NCBI GenBank assembly: GCA_934322085.1
Contig: CAKRGF010000010.1
Span: 4,986-68,985, forward strand
Length of the DNA stretch: 64,000 bases
Source: an uncultured Eubacterium sp.
GTDB lineage: Bacteria; Bacillota; Clostridia; Lachnospirales; Lachnospiraceae
Direction: 5' to 3'
A program made the position numbers and the translations under genes. The notes beneath the pieces are model-generated. The model was given only the letters and a program-made list of their open reading frames with translations. It made no database searches and was not told the DNA's origin. The first letter of the stretch is position 1. Each line of letters opens with the position of its first letter. Positions 25,564-35,144 of the stretch are shown one piece after another.

Positions 25564-27255
25564 ATGATGAGAAAATGGGACAAATGGATAACGTTAGCAC
25601 CAATTGCCTTGGTGCTTGCGTTTCTGCCCCTCATTGTCGGCAGGATAAACAGTAAAACATATACAGAAAATGAGCCATGGCTTCCCGCAGATGCGGTTGA
25701 ATCGGACTTCTTTTTGTATGGTAAATTGTTTATCCTGTTTTTTTGCTGTCTATTTATGATTGTACTTTTGGTTCGTATGCATTTTTGGCAGCAGATTTAT
25801 GAGATGCCCAAATATCTTCTTCTACCTATATTATATGGCGGTTTCGCAATTGTATCTTCTCTGCATGCGAATCATCCTTTTCTGAGTGTGCGGGGAATGA
25901 CCGGCAATATGCAGGGGCTTTTCGTAATACTTTCGTATTTGGTTGTGTTTTTTTATAGCTTTTTTTGGATAAAAAAGACAGAAAATCTCTCTGTTCTGAT
26001 AAAAATCCTAGGAGTCTCGATAGGGATTCTTGGAGTGATTGGTATTTCCCAGTTTTTTGAATTTGATTTATTGTCAGTAGGTTTTGTGAAAGAGTTTTTA
26101 GGCGGGAGAAAGGCAAGGGTTTCTCATTTTATATATTTGACCTTGTATCATTGGAACTATGTAGGAAGTTATGTGGCACTTCTTCTGCCAGTAACGGTGG
26201 CAATGATTGTTTATTTCCATGAGGTGGGTAAAAAGCGGGAGAGAACTTTTTGGTTCGTGCTTTTTTATCTGCTGATTTTCTGCCTTTTTGGTTCGCAGTC
26301 GCGGACCGGCACGCTTGCTGTACTGGCTTCGTTTTGCATTGGCGGCGTGAAATATCGTAACAAAGTCAGTCAGTACAAAAGGACAATTTTCTGCGTCTTT
26401 GTTTCCGCGCTTGCAATTTTATTTTTCTGCAACTGGTATATTACAGGAGATATTTTTGGAAAATGGCAGCAAATTCGATTTTCTACCAAAGGAAGTAAAA
26501 AGTTATCTTATATTGAAACAAAGGATAACCATGTGAAAATCCGCTATAAAAAGAAAAATTATTCTTTTGTCATAGAGGGAAGTGGCAAGAATATTTCACT
26601 CAAAAAGACACCAGATAGAAAGTGGAAGGCATTTTCATTTGAAAAGAAAGCGTTTTTGGATGGCAAAAAGACAGTCTATGGCTATCAAATGAAGTACAAA
26701 AAGAGTGTCTGGCGTTTCACCAACCAGCGTGGGGATGGAAAGTATTATTATCTTAATGCAAACGGAAAATGGGATTTGTGTATTCACGCCCAAACGGCAC
26801 TGCCATCGTGGATGAACGAGGTGGCATCGCTTCGTGGTTTTGTGTGGTCAAGAACAATACCTCTGCTAAAAGATTATGTGCTGCTTGGAGCGGGGCCCGA
26901 CCAGTTTGGTTTTGTGTTCCCGCATAATGATTATGTTGCCAGATATCAATATGATTTGTTGACAACCTATTATAAAAAGCCACATAATTATTATCTTCAG
27001 ATGGGAATTGAAACGGGGTGTCTTTCACTTGTTCTGATGCTTGCATTTTTTGTCATTTACTTAAAGCGAGGCTTTGCAGCAGCCAAAGGAAAGTGCCATA
27101 CGCAAAAAGAATATTTTATACGGGCAATTTTGATCTCTGTCCTGGGATATCTCTTTGCCGGGATGTTTAATGATTCTATGGTGGTAATAGCGCCTGTGTT
27201 CTGGTGCCTGTTAGGACTGGGAGCGGGTGGAGTTGATAATGTTAGGAAAAGGTAG
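25564..27255 (+). CDS. O-antigen ligase (Wzy_C) family polytopic membrane protein
   Basis: 563 aa; more than 10 TM helices; the GSQSRTG motif and a large extracytoplasmic loop are typical of O-antigen ligase-like proteins. Confidence 0.7.
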   Translation: MMRKWDKWITLAPIALVLAFLPLIVGRINSKTYTENEPWLPADAVESDFFLYGKLFILFFCCLFMIVLLVRMHFWQQIYEMPKYLLLPILYGGFAIVSSLHANHPFLSVRGMTGNMQGLFVILSYLVVFFYSFFWIKKTENLSVLIKILGVSIGILGVIGISQFFEFDLLSVGFVKEFLGGRKARVSHFIYLTLYHWNYVGSYVALLLPVTVAMIVYFHEVGKKRERTFWFVLFYLLIFCLFGSQSRTGTLAVLASFCIGGVKYRNKVSQYKRTIFCVFVSALAILFFCNWYITGDIFGKWQQIRFSTKGSKKLSYIETKDNHVKIRYKKKNYSFVIEGSGKNISLKKTPDRKWKAFSFEKKAFLDGKKTVYGYQMKYKKSVWRFTNQRGDGKYYYLNANGKWDLCIHAQTALPSWMNEVASLRGFVWSRTIPLLKDYVLLGAGPDQFGFVFPHNDYVARYQYDLLTTYYKKPHNYYLQMGIETGCLSLVLMLAFFVIYLKRGFAAAKGKCHTQKEYFIRAILISVLGYLFAGMFNDSMVVIAPVFWCLLGLGAGGVDNVRKR

Positions 27256-27260
27256 GAACT

Positions 27261-27938
27261 CTATTTTTTGTGTATCGCCGTCACATTTTGCGTGTAGGCC
27301 TTGTCGCAGGTGCGAAGTCCGTCGATATGTTCAAATAAATCAGGTTTGATTGGTGTACCGAGTGGATCCAGAATAAAATCAATCCCCTCACGACGTGCTA
27401 GTTTTGCGGCAGATACAAAATCACTGTCTCCAGATATAAGGATAATCTGTTCTACTTGTTTTTTGTAAGCAAGCGAGGCAATATCCAATCCGATTTTCAT
27501 ATCTACCCCTTTTTGATCTATTTCAACACAAAAATCGGTTTCTGTTAAGTTGGCAAATGTCAAACTTCCATTACATAGTTTTTTTACAATATTAGGTCTT
27601 ATTGTATAATAGGCCTGTTCTTCTGCTAATTTTCCCAGGCGAACGGCTAATTTTCGTTTTTTCTTTAATTCATTCAAAAAATCGCTCATCCATGTATAAA
27701 GTTCTGTTTTGGAAAAGTCTACCTGTTTTTGCAGAAAAGGGTGATAAATTCGTTTCGAAGTTGGAGGACAATCATAATAGAATATTCTATACAAGTCATT
27801 GTTTTCACCATGTGAATTTAAATGTCTTTTGCAGTAATTTACAAGTTCAGTTGCCCGGTCTTTTGCGGATATGTCACCGAATACTTTTTGGGCACGTCTT
27901 GTATAGAATCCTCCATCTACTAAAATAGCTGTTTTCAT
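27261..27938 (-). CDS. NYN (LabA/DUF88-like) domain protein
   Basis: 225 aa; ILVDGGF, GVDMKIGLDI and LISGDSDFVSAA acidic motifs of the NYN/PIN-like nuclease fold. Confidence 0.75.
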   Translation of the reverse strand: MKTAILVDGGFYTRRAQKVFGDISAKDRATELVNYCKRHLNSHGENNDLYRIFYYDCPPTSKRIYHPFLQKQVDFSKTELYTWMSDFLNELKKKRKLAVRLGKLAEEQAYYTIRPNIVKKLCNGSLTFANLTETDFCVEIDQKGVDMKIGLDIASLAYKKQVEQIILISGDSDFVSAAKLARREGIDFILDPLGTPIKPDLFEHIDGLRTCDKAYTQNVTAIHKK

Positions 27939-28080
27939 ATATTTCTCCTTATAATAGTAAATGAAAAGCTCTAGGGGTCGGCCTATCTCCTATTATGAGA
28001 GGCGTACAACCTAGAGCGTTATTAACATGTAACCTTTGTTACACTTTTATACTATATGCAAATGAGGCAATTGTCAATCT
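27939..28080 (-). promoter_or_regulatory. candidate promoter and structured 5' leader of the NYN gene
   Basis: The minus strand carries TTGACA-17-TAGTAT. This is followed by hairpins gtaac-aaag-gttac and gctctagg...(nested stem)...cctagagc just before the aaggaga RBS. Confidence 0.3.
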
Positions 28081-28110
28081 TTTTTTGACAATATTTTGAG
28101 AAAATATTAT

Positions 28111-29502
28111 TTACCCTCTCAATGCCTCATCAATTGCCTTAGCGGCAGCTTTTCCTGCGCCCATGGCAAGGATTACGGTTGCGGCACCTGTTACGGCGTC
28201 ACCACCGGCGTATACATTATCGCGGGTTGTTAAACCGGATTCATCCTTTGTGATTAAGCATCCACGGTTATTTGCTTCCAGACCAGGAGTTGTGGAGCGA
28301 ATCAATGGGTTTGGACTTGTACCGATGGACATAATTACGCTGTCAACATCAAGAACAAATTCGCTGTCTGGTTTTTCAACCGGACGGCGGCGTCCGCTTT
28401 CATCCGGCTCGCCAAGTTCCATCTCAACACATTTCATGCCACATACCATACCCTCGTCATTGCCAAGGATTTCAACCGGGTTATTTAATGTCTTAAAGAT
28501 GATTCCCTCTTCTTCTGCATGCTCAACTTCTTCTTTACGAGCAGGAAGTTCTTCCATACCACGGCGGTATACAATGTAAACTTCTTCAGCACCAAGACGT
28601 TTTGCGCTGCGGGCTGCATCCATAGCTACGTTACCGCCACCGACAACCGCAACTTTCTTTGCGTGCTGGATTGGTGTTTTGCTTCCGTCGCGGTAAGCTT
28701 TCATGAGGTTAATACGAGTCAGGAATTCGTTTGCGGAATAAACACCCTTCAGACTTTCACCAGGGATATTCATGAAACGAGGAAGTCCTGCACCGGAACC
28801 AACGAAGATTGCTTCGTTACCCATTTCAAAAATTTCATCAATCGTTAATACTTTACCAATTACCATATTGGTTTCTACATCAACACCGATTGCTTTCAAA
28901 TTATCAATTTCCTTCTGCACAATTGCTTTTGGAAGACGGAATTCCGGAATACCATAAACCAAAACGCCGCCGGCAAGGTGAAGTGCTTCAAAAATTGTTA
29001 CTTTGTATCCTAATTTAGCCAAATCACCGGCAACGGTAAGACCACTTGGGCCGGCACCGATAACGGCAACTTTGTGACCGTTTGGCTCCGGTTTAACCGG
29101 TGCGTCTGTGCAGTGCTCTCTGTGGTAGTCAGCAACGAAACGCTCCAATCGTCCGATACCAACCGGCTCGCCTTTGATACCGCGGACACATTTGCCTTCG
29201 CACTGATTTTCCTGTGGGCATACACGGCCACAGACAGCAGGAAGGGAAGTGGATTCTGAAAGAATCGCAAAAGCACCTTCAATATCTTCATTTGCTACGC
29301 GCTCAATAAATGCCGGAATGTTAATCTGAACCGGGCAGGCGCTGACGCAAGGTTTGTTTTTACAGTTTAAGCAGCGACGGGCTTCGTTTACTGCCATATC
29401 ATAGGTGTAGCCAAGAGCTACTTCGTCAAAGTTTTTATTACGGACATCCGGGTCTTGTACCGGCATTGGGCATTTATTCATATCCATATTTCTCTCTGCC
29501 AT
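28111..29502 (-). CDS. nfnB: NfnB / GltD-like NADPH-dependent oxidoreductase (glutamate synthase small-chain family, SudA-like)
   Basis: Has two N-terminal Cys clusters (CLNCKNKPC, CPQENQCEGKC) and dinucleotide motifs VIGAGPSGL and VVGGGNVAMD. ATG 29502 lies 2 nt after the upstream stop. Confidence 0.8.
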   Translation of the reverse strand: MAERNMDMNKCPMPVQDPDVRNKNFDEVALGYTYDMAVNEARRCLNCKNKPCVSACPVQINIPAFIERVANEDIEGAFAILSESTSLPAVCGRVCPQENQCEGKCVRGIKGEPVGIGRLERFVADYHREHCTDAPVKPEPNGHKVAVIGAGPSGLTVAGDLAKLGYKVTIFEALHLAGGVLVYGIPEFRLPKAIVQKEIDNLKAIGVDVETNMVIGKVLTIDEIFEMGNEAIFVGSGAGLPRFMNIPGESLKGVYSANEFLTRINLMKAYRDGSKTPIQHAKKVAVVGGGNVAMDAARSAKRLGAEEVYIVYRRGMEELPARKEEVEHAEEEGIIFKTLNNPVEILGNDEGMVCGMKCVEMELGEPDESGRRRPVEKPDSEFVLDVDSVIMSIGTSPNPLIRSTTPGLEANNRGCLITKDESGLTTRDNVYAGGDAVTGAATVILAMGAGKAAAKAIDEALRG

Positions 29503-29504
29503 GA

Positions 29505-30347
29505 TTAATTTTCCCCTTTCTTGAGTAGATTGCAATATTCATCGCGGGCGTGTGTCTCAAATTCTTTGTACATTGTTCCACGATGCATTGCTTCATCGAA
29601 ATCAACGAGGTGTCCATCGAAATCCGGACCGTCTACGCAGGCAAATTTGGTTTCGCCACCAACTGTCAGACGACAGCCGCCGCACATACCGGTTCCGTCA
29701 ATCATAATCGGGTTCATGCTGACAACGGTTTTGATGTCATATTTTTTCGTCGTCAGGCATACAAATTTCATCATAATCAATGGTCCGATGGCAATGACTT
29801 CATCGTATTCATTTCCATCCTGAATTAATTTTTCCAATGCGTCTGTTACCAGACCTTTTTCACCATAGCTTCCGTCATCGGTCATCATGACAAGTTTGTC
29901 ACTGGCTGCTTTGAATTCGTCCTCAAGAATTACTAAGTCCTGATTACGGAATCCGACGATGGCGTGAACTTCAGCACCCATCTGATGCAGTTTCTTTGTA
30001 ATCGGATATGCAATGGCACAGCCAACACCACCGCCGACAACTGCTACTTTTTTCAAGCCTTCTGTGTGGGTAGGAACACCAAGTGGTCCTACGAAGTCGT
30101 GAATGTAATCCCCTTCGTTTAAGGTATCTAATTCCATTGTACCGGCACCAACAATCTGATAAATAATGGTAACGGTTCCTGCCTCACGGTCAAAATCCGC
30201 GATTGTTAAAGGAATTCTCTCGCTATCTTCTTTTGCGCGGAAGATAATAAATTGTCCCGGCTCTGCTTTCTTTGCAATCAAAGGAGCCTCTACTGTGATT
30301 TTACTGACAGTAGGATTCAGGGACTTTTTTTCAACAATTTTGAACAT
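29505..30347 (-). CDS. nfnA: NfnA / sulfide-dihydroorotate dehydrogenase-like FAD/NAD-binding subunit (SudB-like)
   Basis: About 280 aa; RIPLTIADFD FAD motif, VVGGGVGCA NAD motif, C-terminal CGGCRL...C [2Fe-2S] cluster motif. Confidence 0.8.
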   Translation of the reverse strand: MFKIVEKKSLNPTVSKITVEAPLIAKKAEPGQFIIFRAKEDSERIPLTIADFDREAGTVTIIYQIVGAGTMELDTLNEGDYIHDFVGPLGVPTHTEGLKKVAVVGGGVGCAIAYPITKKLHQMGAEVHAIVGFRNQDLVILEDEFKAASDKLVMMTDDGSYGEKGLVTDALEKLIQDGNEYDEVIAIGPLIMMKFVCLTTKKYDIKTVVSMNPIMIDGTGMCGGCRLTVGGETKFACVDGPDFDGHLVDFDEAMHRGTMYKEFETHARDEYCNLLKKGEN

Positions 30348-30581
30348 AAACAAAATCCTCCATTCATCTGTGTACATAAGTCAACATAATTCTATCATAT
30401 TATAGGGGTAAATTCAAACGGATTCTTCTGGAAGTGTAAAAAATATATTAAATATCACGATTTTGCGTTGTTTTTCTTGACAATAGAGAAAGCGTGATGT
30501 ATTGTTTACAATATGATGTGGTTTTGAAAACTACATGGGACATAAAAACAATTTGCAGGATATGATATAGGAGGAACGCAA

Positions 30582-32270
30582 ATGGCACTTTCAAAAGGCG
30601 ATATTGCAGCACCATTTATTCAGGTTAAGGAAGATGAAAACGGTGTTTTGCAGGATATTAAATTTGTAAATGATGATAATTTTAACTTTGCCTATGATGT
30701 AGTAGACAAGATGGCAAAGAAAGCTCCGGACAAAGTAGCGATGCTTCATATTTCAAAGGATGGAAAGGAACGCTCCTTTACCTTTTATGATATGGCACGC
30801 TATTCTTCTAAGGTAGCAAACTATCTTCAGTTTTTAGGAATTAAAAAAGGCGACCGCGTAATGCTCGTTTTAAAACGCCACTACCAATTCTGGTTTGCGA
30901 TTTTGGCACTGCACAAGATTGGTGCAGTAGCAATTCCGGCAACAAATCTTTTGCTGAAATCCGATTTTGAATACCGTTTTAAAGCCGGTAATGTAGATGC
31001 GATTCTTTGTACGGCAGACGGTCCGGTTTCCCGTGAGGTTGATAAAGCGTGCCGCAGTTACAAAAATCTGAAAGTAAAAATCATGGTTGGTGCCAGCCGC
31101 AAAGGATGGCGCAGCTTTAACAAGGAAGTAAAATATTTTTCAAGTCATTTCCGCAGACCACATGGTGAGAATGCAATCCATGGTGATGACCCATCGATTA
31201 TGTTCTTTACTTCCGGTACGACTTCATATCCGAAAATTACAACCCATAACTTTAAGTATCCTTTGGGACACTATGTGACAGCGAAATACTGGCATCAGGT
31301 TGACCCGGATGGCATCCATTTTGCCATTTCCGATACCGGCTGGGGAAAAGCTCTCTGGGGTAAAATTTATGGTCAGTGGCTGTGCGAGGCATGTATTTTT
31401 ACCTATGATTTTGATAATTTCGATGCAAAAGAAATTCTTCATATGATTGAAAAATATAAAATTACAACATTTTGTGCACCGCCAACGGTTTACCGTGTAA
31501 TGGTTCATTTGAAATTAGACCAGTACGATTTGTCTTCTTTGCAGAATGTAACAACAGCAGGCGAGGCATTGAATCCGGAAATCTTTGAGAAGTTTAAGGC
31601 AAAAACCGGACTTACTCTGATGGAGGGATTTGGACAGACCGAGACAACACTGACAATTGGCAACCTCGTTGGTACAACACCAAAACCGGGCTCCATGGGT
31701 GTGCCGACACCACAGTATGATGTACAGATTATGCTGCCGGATGGAACACTTGCCGGTCCGGAAGAAGAGGGCGAAATTGTTATCTGCACAGAAGATGGTG
31801 CGCCAAATGGTTTGTTTATGGAATATTACGGCGATGAAGAAAAAACACAGAATGCATGGCATGATGGTTATTATCACACAGGTGATACCGCTTACTTTGA
31901 TGAGGACGGTTATCTGTGGTATGTCGGACGTACCGATGATGTAATTAAATCCAGCGGCTACCGCATCGGACCATTTGAAATTGAAAATGAAATTATGAAA
32001 CTTCCATACGTTTTGGAGTGTGCCGTTACTTCCGTTCCGGACCCAATCCGCGGTCAGGCAATTAAGGCAAGTATCGTTCTTGCCAACGGTGAAGAGGGAA
32101 CGGATAAACTGCGAAATGAGATTATGAAATCCTTGAAAAAGAATATTGCGTCATATAAATGGCCAAAAATACTTGACTTTACGAAAGAATTGCCTAAAAC
32201 TATAAGTGGTAAGATTCGTAGAAAAGAAATCAAGGAGAATGACTGGAATGAAAATGAAGACAACGAATAG
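30582..32270 (+). CDS. AMP-forming acyl-CoA synthetase (short/medium-chain, ACSM/MbcS-like)
   Basis: 562 aa; AMP-binding motifs FFTSGTTSYPK, GYYHTGD, SGKIRR. Confidence 0.85.
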   Translation: MALSKGDIAAPFIQVKEDENGVLQDIKFVNDDNFNFAYDVVDKMAKKAPDKVAMLHISKDGKERSFTFYDMARYSSKVANYLQFLGIKKGDRVMLVLKRHYQFWFAILALHKIGAVAIPATNLLLKSDFEYRFKAGNVDAILCTADGPVSREVDKACRSYKNLKVKIMVGASRKGWRSFNKEVKYFSSHFRRPHGENAIHGDDPSIMFFTSGTTSYPKITTHNFKYPLGHYVTAKYWHQVDPDGIHFAISDTGWGKALWGKIYGQWLCEACIFTYDFDNFDAKEILHMIEKYKITTFCAPPTVYRVMVHLKLDQYDLSSLQNVTTAGEALNPEIFEKFKAKTGLTLMEGFGQTETTLTIGNLVGTTPKPGSMGVPTPQYDVQIMLPDGTLAGPEEEGEIVICTEDGAPNGLFMEYYGDEEKTQNAWHDGYYHTGDTAYFDEDGYLWYVGRTDDVIKSSGYRIGPFEIENEIMKLPYVLECAVTSVPDPIRGQAIKASIVLANGEEGTDKLRNEIMKSLKKNIASYKWPKILDFTKELPKTISGKIRRKEIKENDWNENEDNE

Positions 32271-33498
32271 TCGGCTTGTCATCACCGGAATGGGTGCTGT
32301 GACGCCGATTGGAATTGGCGTAGAGAATTATTGGAAAAATCTTGTGGCCGGAAAATGCGGTGTGGAAGCAATTACCCGCTTTGACACCGAAGAGCTACCG
32401 GTAAAAATTGCAGCTGAGGTCAAAGATTTTAATGCGGAAGACTTTATGCCAAAGAAACTGACGCGTGAAATGGACGTGTTTATGCAGTATGGTTACGCAG
32501 CAGCAATGGAAGCAATCGCAGATGCCGGAGAGGAAATTGCTGTACCGGATCGCATGGGTATCGTCGTTGGTACGGCACTTGGTGGTATTTCACCGATTGC
32601 AGAAGTGCAGGATGGATTAAGCAAGGGAGAGCATAAAAAAGTCAGCCCGCGTTTTGTTCCGAAAATTATCGGCAACGAGGCAGCAGCCCAGGTGGCAATT
32701 GCAAAAGGCTATCGTGGTCCAAGTCTGACGGTGAGCACAGCATGTTCTTCCGGCGGTGACGCAATCAGTACCGCCTGCATGTTAATTATGTCCGGCCAGG
32801 CAGATGCTGTTCTTGCGATGGGAACGGAATCCGCATTATCCCCATTGTTTATTCAGGGACTGGCTTCAGCACATGCTTTGTCCACCAATAATGAAAATCC
32901 GCAGCAGGCGAGCCGTCCGTTTGATAAAGACCGTGATGGTTTTGTCATTGGCGAAGGCGGTGGCGCGCTGATTATTGAGACGGAAGAAAATGCAAAAAAA
33001 CGCGGTGCCAAAATTTATGCGGAACTCGCAGGATTTTCCAACTGCACCGACGGCTACCACGTAACAAGCCCGCATCCAGAAGGAATTGGTGCGGTATTCT
33101 GCATGGAAAAAGCAATTGAGCATGCAGGTATCACAAAAGAATCCGTAGATTATATTAATACACATGGAACTTCTACCGGTATGGGGGACCCAATTGAAAC
33201 GAATGCGATTGCAGAACTTTTTTCAGAACATGCTGGCGAAATGGCAGTGACTTCGACAAAGGGCGCAACCGGACATATGATGGGTGCCGGCGGTATTACC
33301 GAGGCGATTACATGTATTCAGTGTATCCGCACTGGCGTTGTTCCACCAACATTAAATCTGGATGAATTGGATGAAAAATGTGCATCCTTGAATTATGTTC
33401 CACATAAGGCAATTGAAAAAGAGGTTCGTGTGGCAATGAGTAATTCGTTTGGATTTGGCGGGCAGAATTCAAGTGTGATTTTTTGCCGCTATGAGTGA
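32248..33498 (+). CDS. fabF: beta-ketoacyl-ACP synthase II family
   Basis: Cys-His-His triad contexts TACSSGGDAI, NTHGTSTGMGD and GHMMGAGG, with C-terminal SNSFGFGGQN. The start overlaps the end of the synthetase gene by about 23 nt; the exact start is uncertain (32239 or 32248). Confidence 0.85.
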   Translation: MKMKTTNSRLVITGMGAVTPIGIGVENYWKNLVAGKCGVEAITRFDTEELPVKIAAEVKDFNAEDFMPKKLTREMDVFMQYGYAAAMEAIADAGEEIAVPDRMGIVVGTALGGISPIAEVQDGLSKGEHKKVSPRFVPKIIGNEAAAQVAIAKGYRGPSLTVSTACSSGGDAISTACMLIMSGQADAVLAMGTESALSPLFIQGLASAHALSTNNENPQQASRPFDKDRDGFVIGEGGGALIIETEENAKKRGAKIYAELAGFSNCTDGYHVTSPHPEGIGAVFCMEKAIEHAGITKESVDYINTHGTSTGMGDPIETNAIAELFSEHAGEMAVTSTKGATGHMMGAGGITEAITCIQCIRTGVVPPTLNLDELDEKCASLNYVPHKAIEKEVRVAMSNSFGFGGQNSSVIFCRYE

Positions 33499-33525
33499 TA
33501 AACAATTATGATGTAATAGTTAATA

Positions 33526-33662
33526 AAAAAGAGACGGTTAATTTCCCATTCGGAATCGCTTCCGCTGAGAGAACACACGCAGCGGTGCATGAGGGCAGAC
33601 TACGCCCTCTGCGCACCGGCGGTGTTCAACATTCCTCATGGTGAAATTAACCGTCTCTTTTT
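33526..33662. repeat. long palindrome (about 137 bp), family P2
   Basis: Arms aaaaagagacggttaatttc / gaaattaaccgtctcttttt enclose nested imperfect arms (gaacac..agcggtgca.gagggc / gccctc.gcgcaccg..ggtgttc). It probably also terminates fabF. Confidence 0.8.
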
Positions 33663-33824
33663 GTTTATCATTACATCATGATTAGTTTTGACAAAAGAGG
33701 ACTTTTTTATGCGGGCAATCCAGTCAATGCAACGCAAACAGGCTGAAAATCTTAAAAGGGTTGCTTATCTGTAAAGACATGGCGGGGAAAGGGCAACCAT
33801 GAATGGAATAAATTGATAAAAGAG

Positions 33825-33946
33825 TTGCAGTAACAGAAGTTAAAAGAAGAAAGAATCACAAATCAGGGAGAAACATTATTCGCATTTGCGAATTCTCTGT
33901 TTCGAGTCGATTTGTGATTCTTTCTTCTTTTGAGTTGTACCTGCAA
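33825..33946. repeat. long palindrome (about 120 bp), family P3
   Basis: Main arms are aaaagaagaaagaatcacaaatc / gatttgtgattctttcttctttt. Inner arms are attcgca/tgcgaat and outer arms are ttgcag/ctgcaa. Confidence 0.8.
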
Positions 33947-34022
33947 ATTTGCATATTTTTCAAAAAATCGGAAATCCTATAAGAAAGTCACAAGTGGATG
34001 ACTTTGGAAAGGATGATTTTAT

Positions 34023-34493
34023 TTGGGCAAGAAGAAATTTTTTGCGGCGGCTTTTGCAGCATTGATTTTGTGGGGCATTGTGATTTTGCAGACTGTTTTA
34101 ACCAGATGGTATGTTTCGCAGACTGCGTTTGAACAGGCATTTGCAAAAAGTGATATTATGAAAGCATCAACTCAGGAAGCGGCTGCTGATACAAGAAATA
34201 TAAATAGTAACAATCGTGTCATGGAAGGCGTGGTAAATGGCAGACTGAATGCATCGGAGCAGCAAACAATGGCAGACAAGCTTTTCCGTCAGTTTGGTGG
34301 AGGAGAAGTAATGGATAGCAATTCCGGAAGCTGTTCGGATTACTATGTGGCATATGGCTATACAAGAGGATTTGAAGGTTCTAAAAAAGTAAATGGCAGA
34401 CGCATAAATATGATGGCTGCATTTTCGTATGATGAAAACAAGGACGTTACAAAAGTTGTGTTTGGAACACCACTCATTAACAGCGATTTTTGA
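34023..34493 (+). CDS. membrane-anchored protein, possibly YwmB-like
   Basis: 156 aa (TTG start); N-terminal TM helix; C-terminal ...VVFGTPLINSDF resembles the end of YwmB/DUF1779 proteins; weak call. Confidence 0.35.
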   Translation: MGKKKFFAAAFAALILWGIVILQTVLTRWYVSQTAFEQAFAKSDIMKASTQEAAADTRNINSNNRVMEGVVNGRLNASEQQTMADKLFRQFGGGEVMDSNSGSCSDYYVAYGYTRGFEGSKKVNGRRINMMAAFSYDENKDVTKVVFGTPLINSDF

Positions 34494-34550
34494 TTTTGTC
34501 GGAATGTTTATCTTCCTGCCGCATACAATAAAAGAAAAAGGCGTGTGCGT

Positions 34551-35144
34551 ATGCTCAATAAACTTTGGGGATTTATGATTCTCATTGGGATTTTGTTTGC
34601 GGCGGCAACCGGCAAAATCGGAGAAATCGGAACAGCAGCACTGGATTCGTCAAAAGAAGCAGTGACTTTATGTATTACGATGCTTGGCATCATGTCCATG
34701 TGGACAGGACTTATGAATATTGCAAAAAAGGCAGGAATTATTGATGCGCTTACAAAAGCACTTCGACCGGTTCTTGCCTTTTTGTTTCCGGGAGTGCCAA
34801 AAGAGCATAAGGCAAATGAATATATGGCTGCCAATATGATTAGTAATGTGCTTGGACTTGGATGGGCGGCTACGCCGGTTGGTTTAAAGGCAATGGAGGA
34901 ACTGAAAAAATTAAATCATGGAAGCCACATTGCCAGTGCGGATATGTGTACTTTTTTGATTATCAATATTTCTTCTCTGCAATTGATTCCGGTTAATATT
35001 ATAGCGTATCGAAGCCAGTATGGTTCTGCTTCGCCTGCTTCAATTCTTGGCATGGGGCTAGTGGCTACAATTGTATCGACGGCAGCCGGTGTTATTTTTT
35101 CTGTAATAGCAAGAAAAGTATCAAAGAAAAAGGGGGAGCGGTAA
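34551..35144 (+). CDS. spmA: spore maturation protein A (nucleoside-recognition/Gate domain)
   Basis: About 197 aa; N-terminal LNKLWGFMILIGILFA and Gate-domain pattern; directly followed by spmB. Confidence 0.8.
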   Translation: MLNKLWGFMILIGILFAAATGKIGEIGTAALDSSKEAVTLCITMLGIMSMWTGLMNIAKKAGIIDALTKALRPVLAFLFPGVPKEHKANEYMAANMISNVLGLGWAATPVGLKAMEELKKLNHGSHIASADMCTFLIINISSLQLIPVNIIAYRSQYGSASPASILGMGLVATIVSTAAGVIFSVIARKVSKKKGER

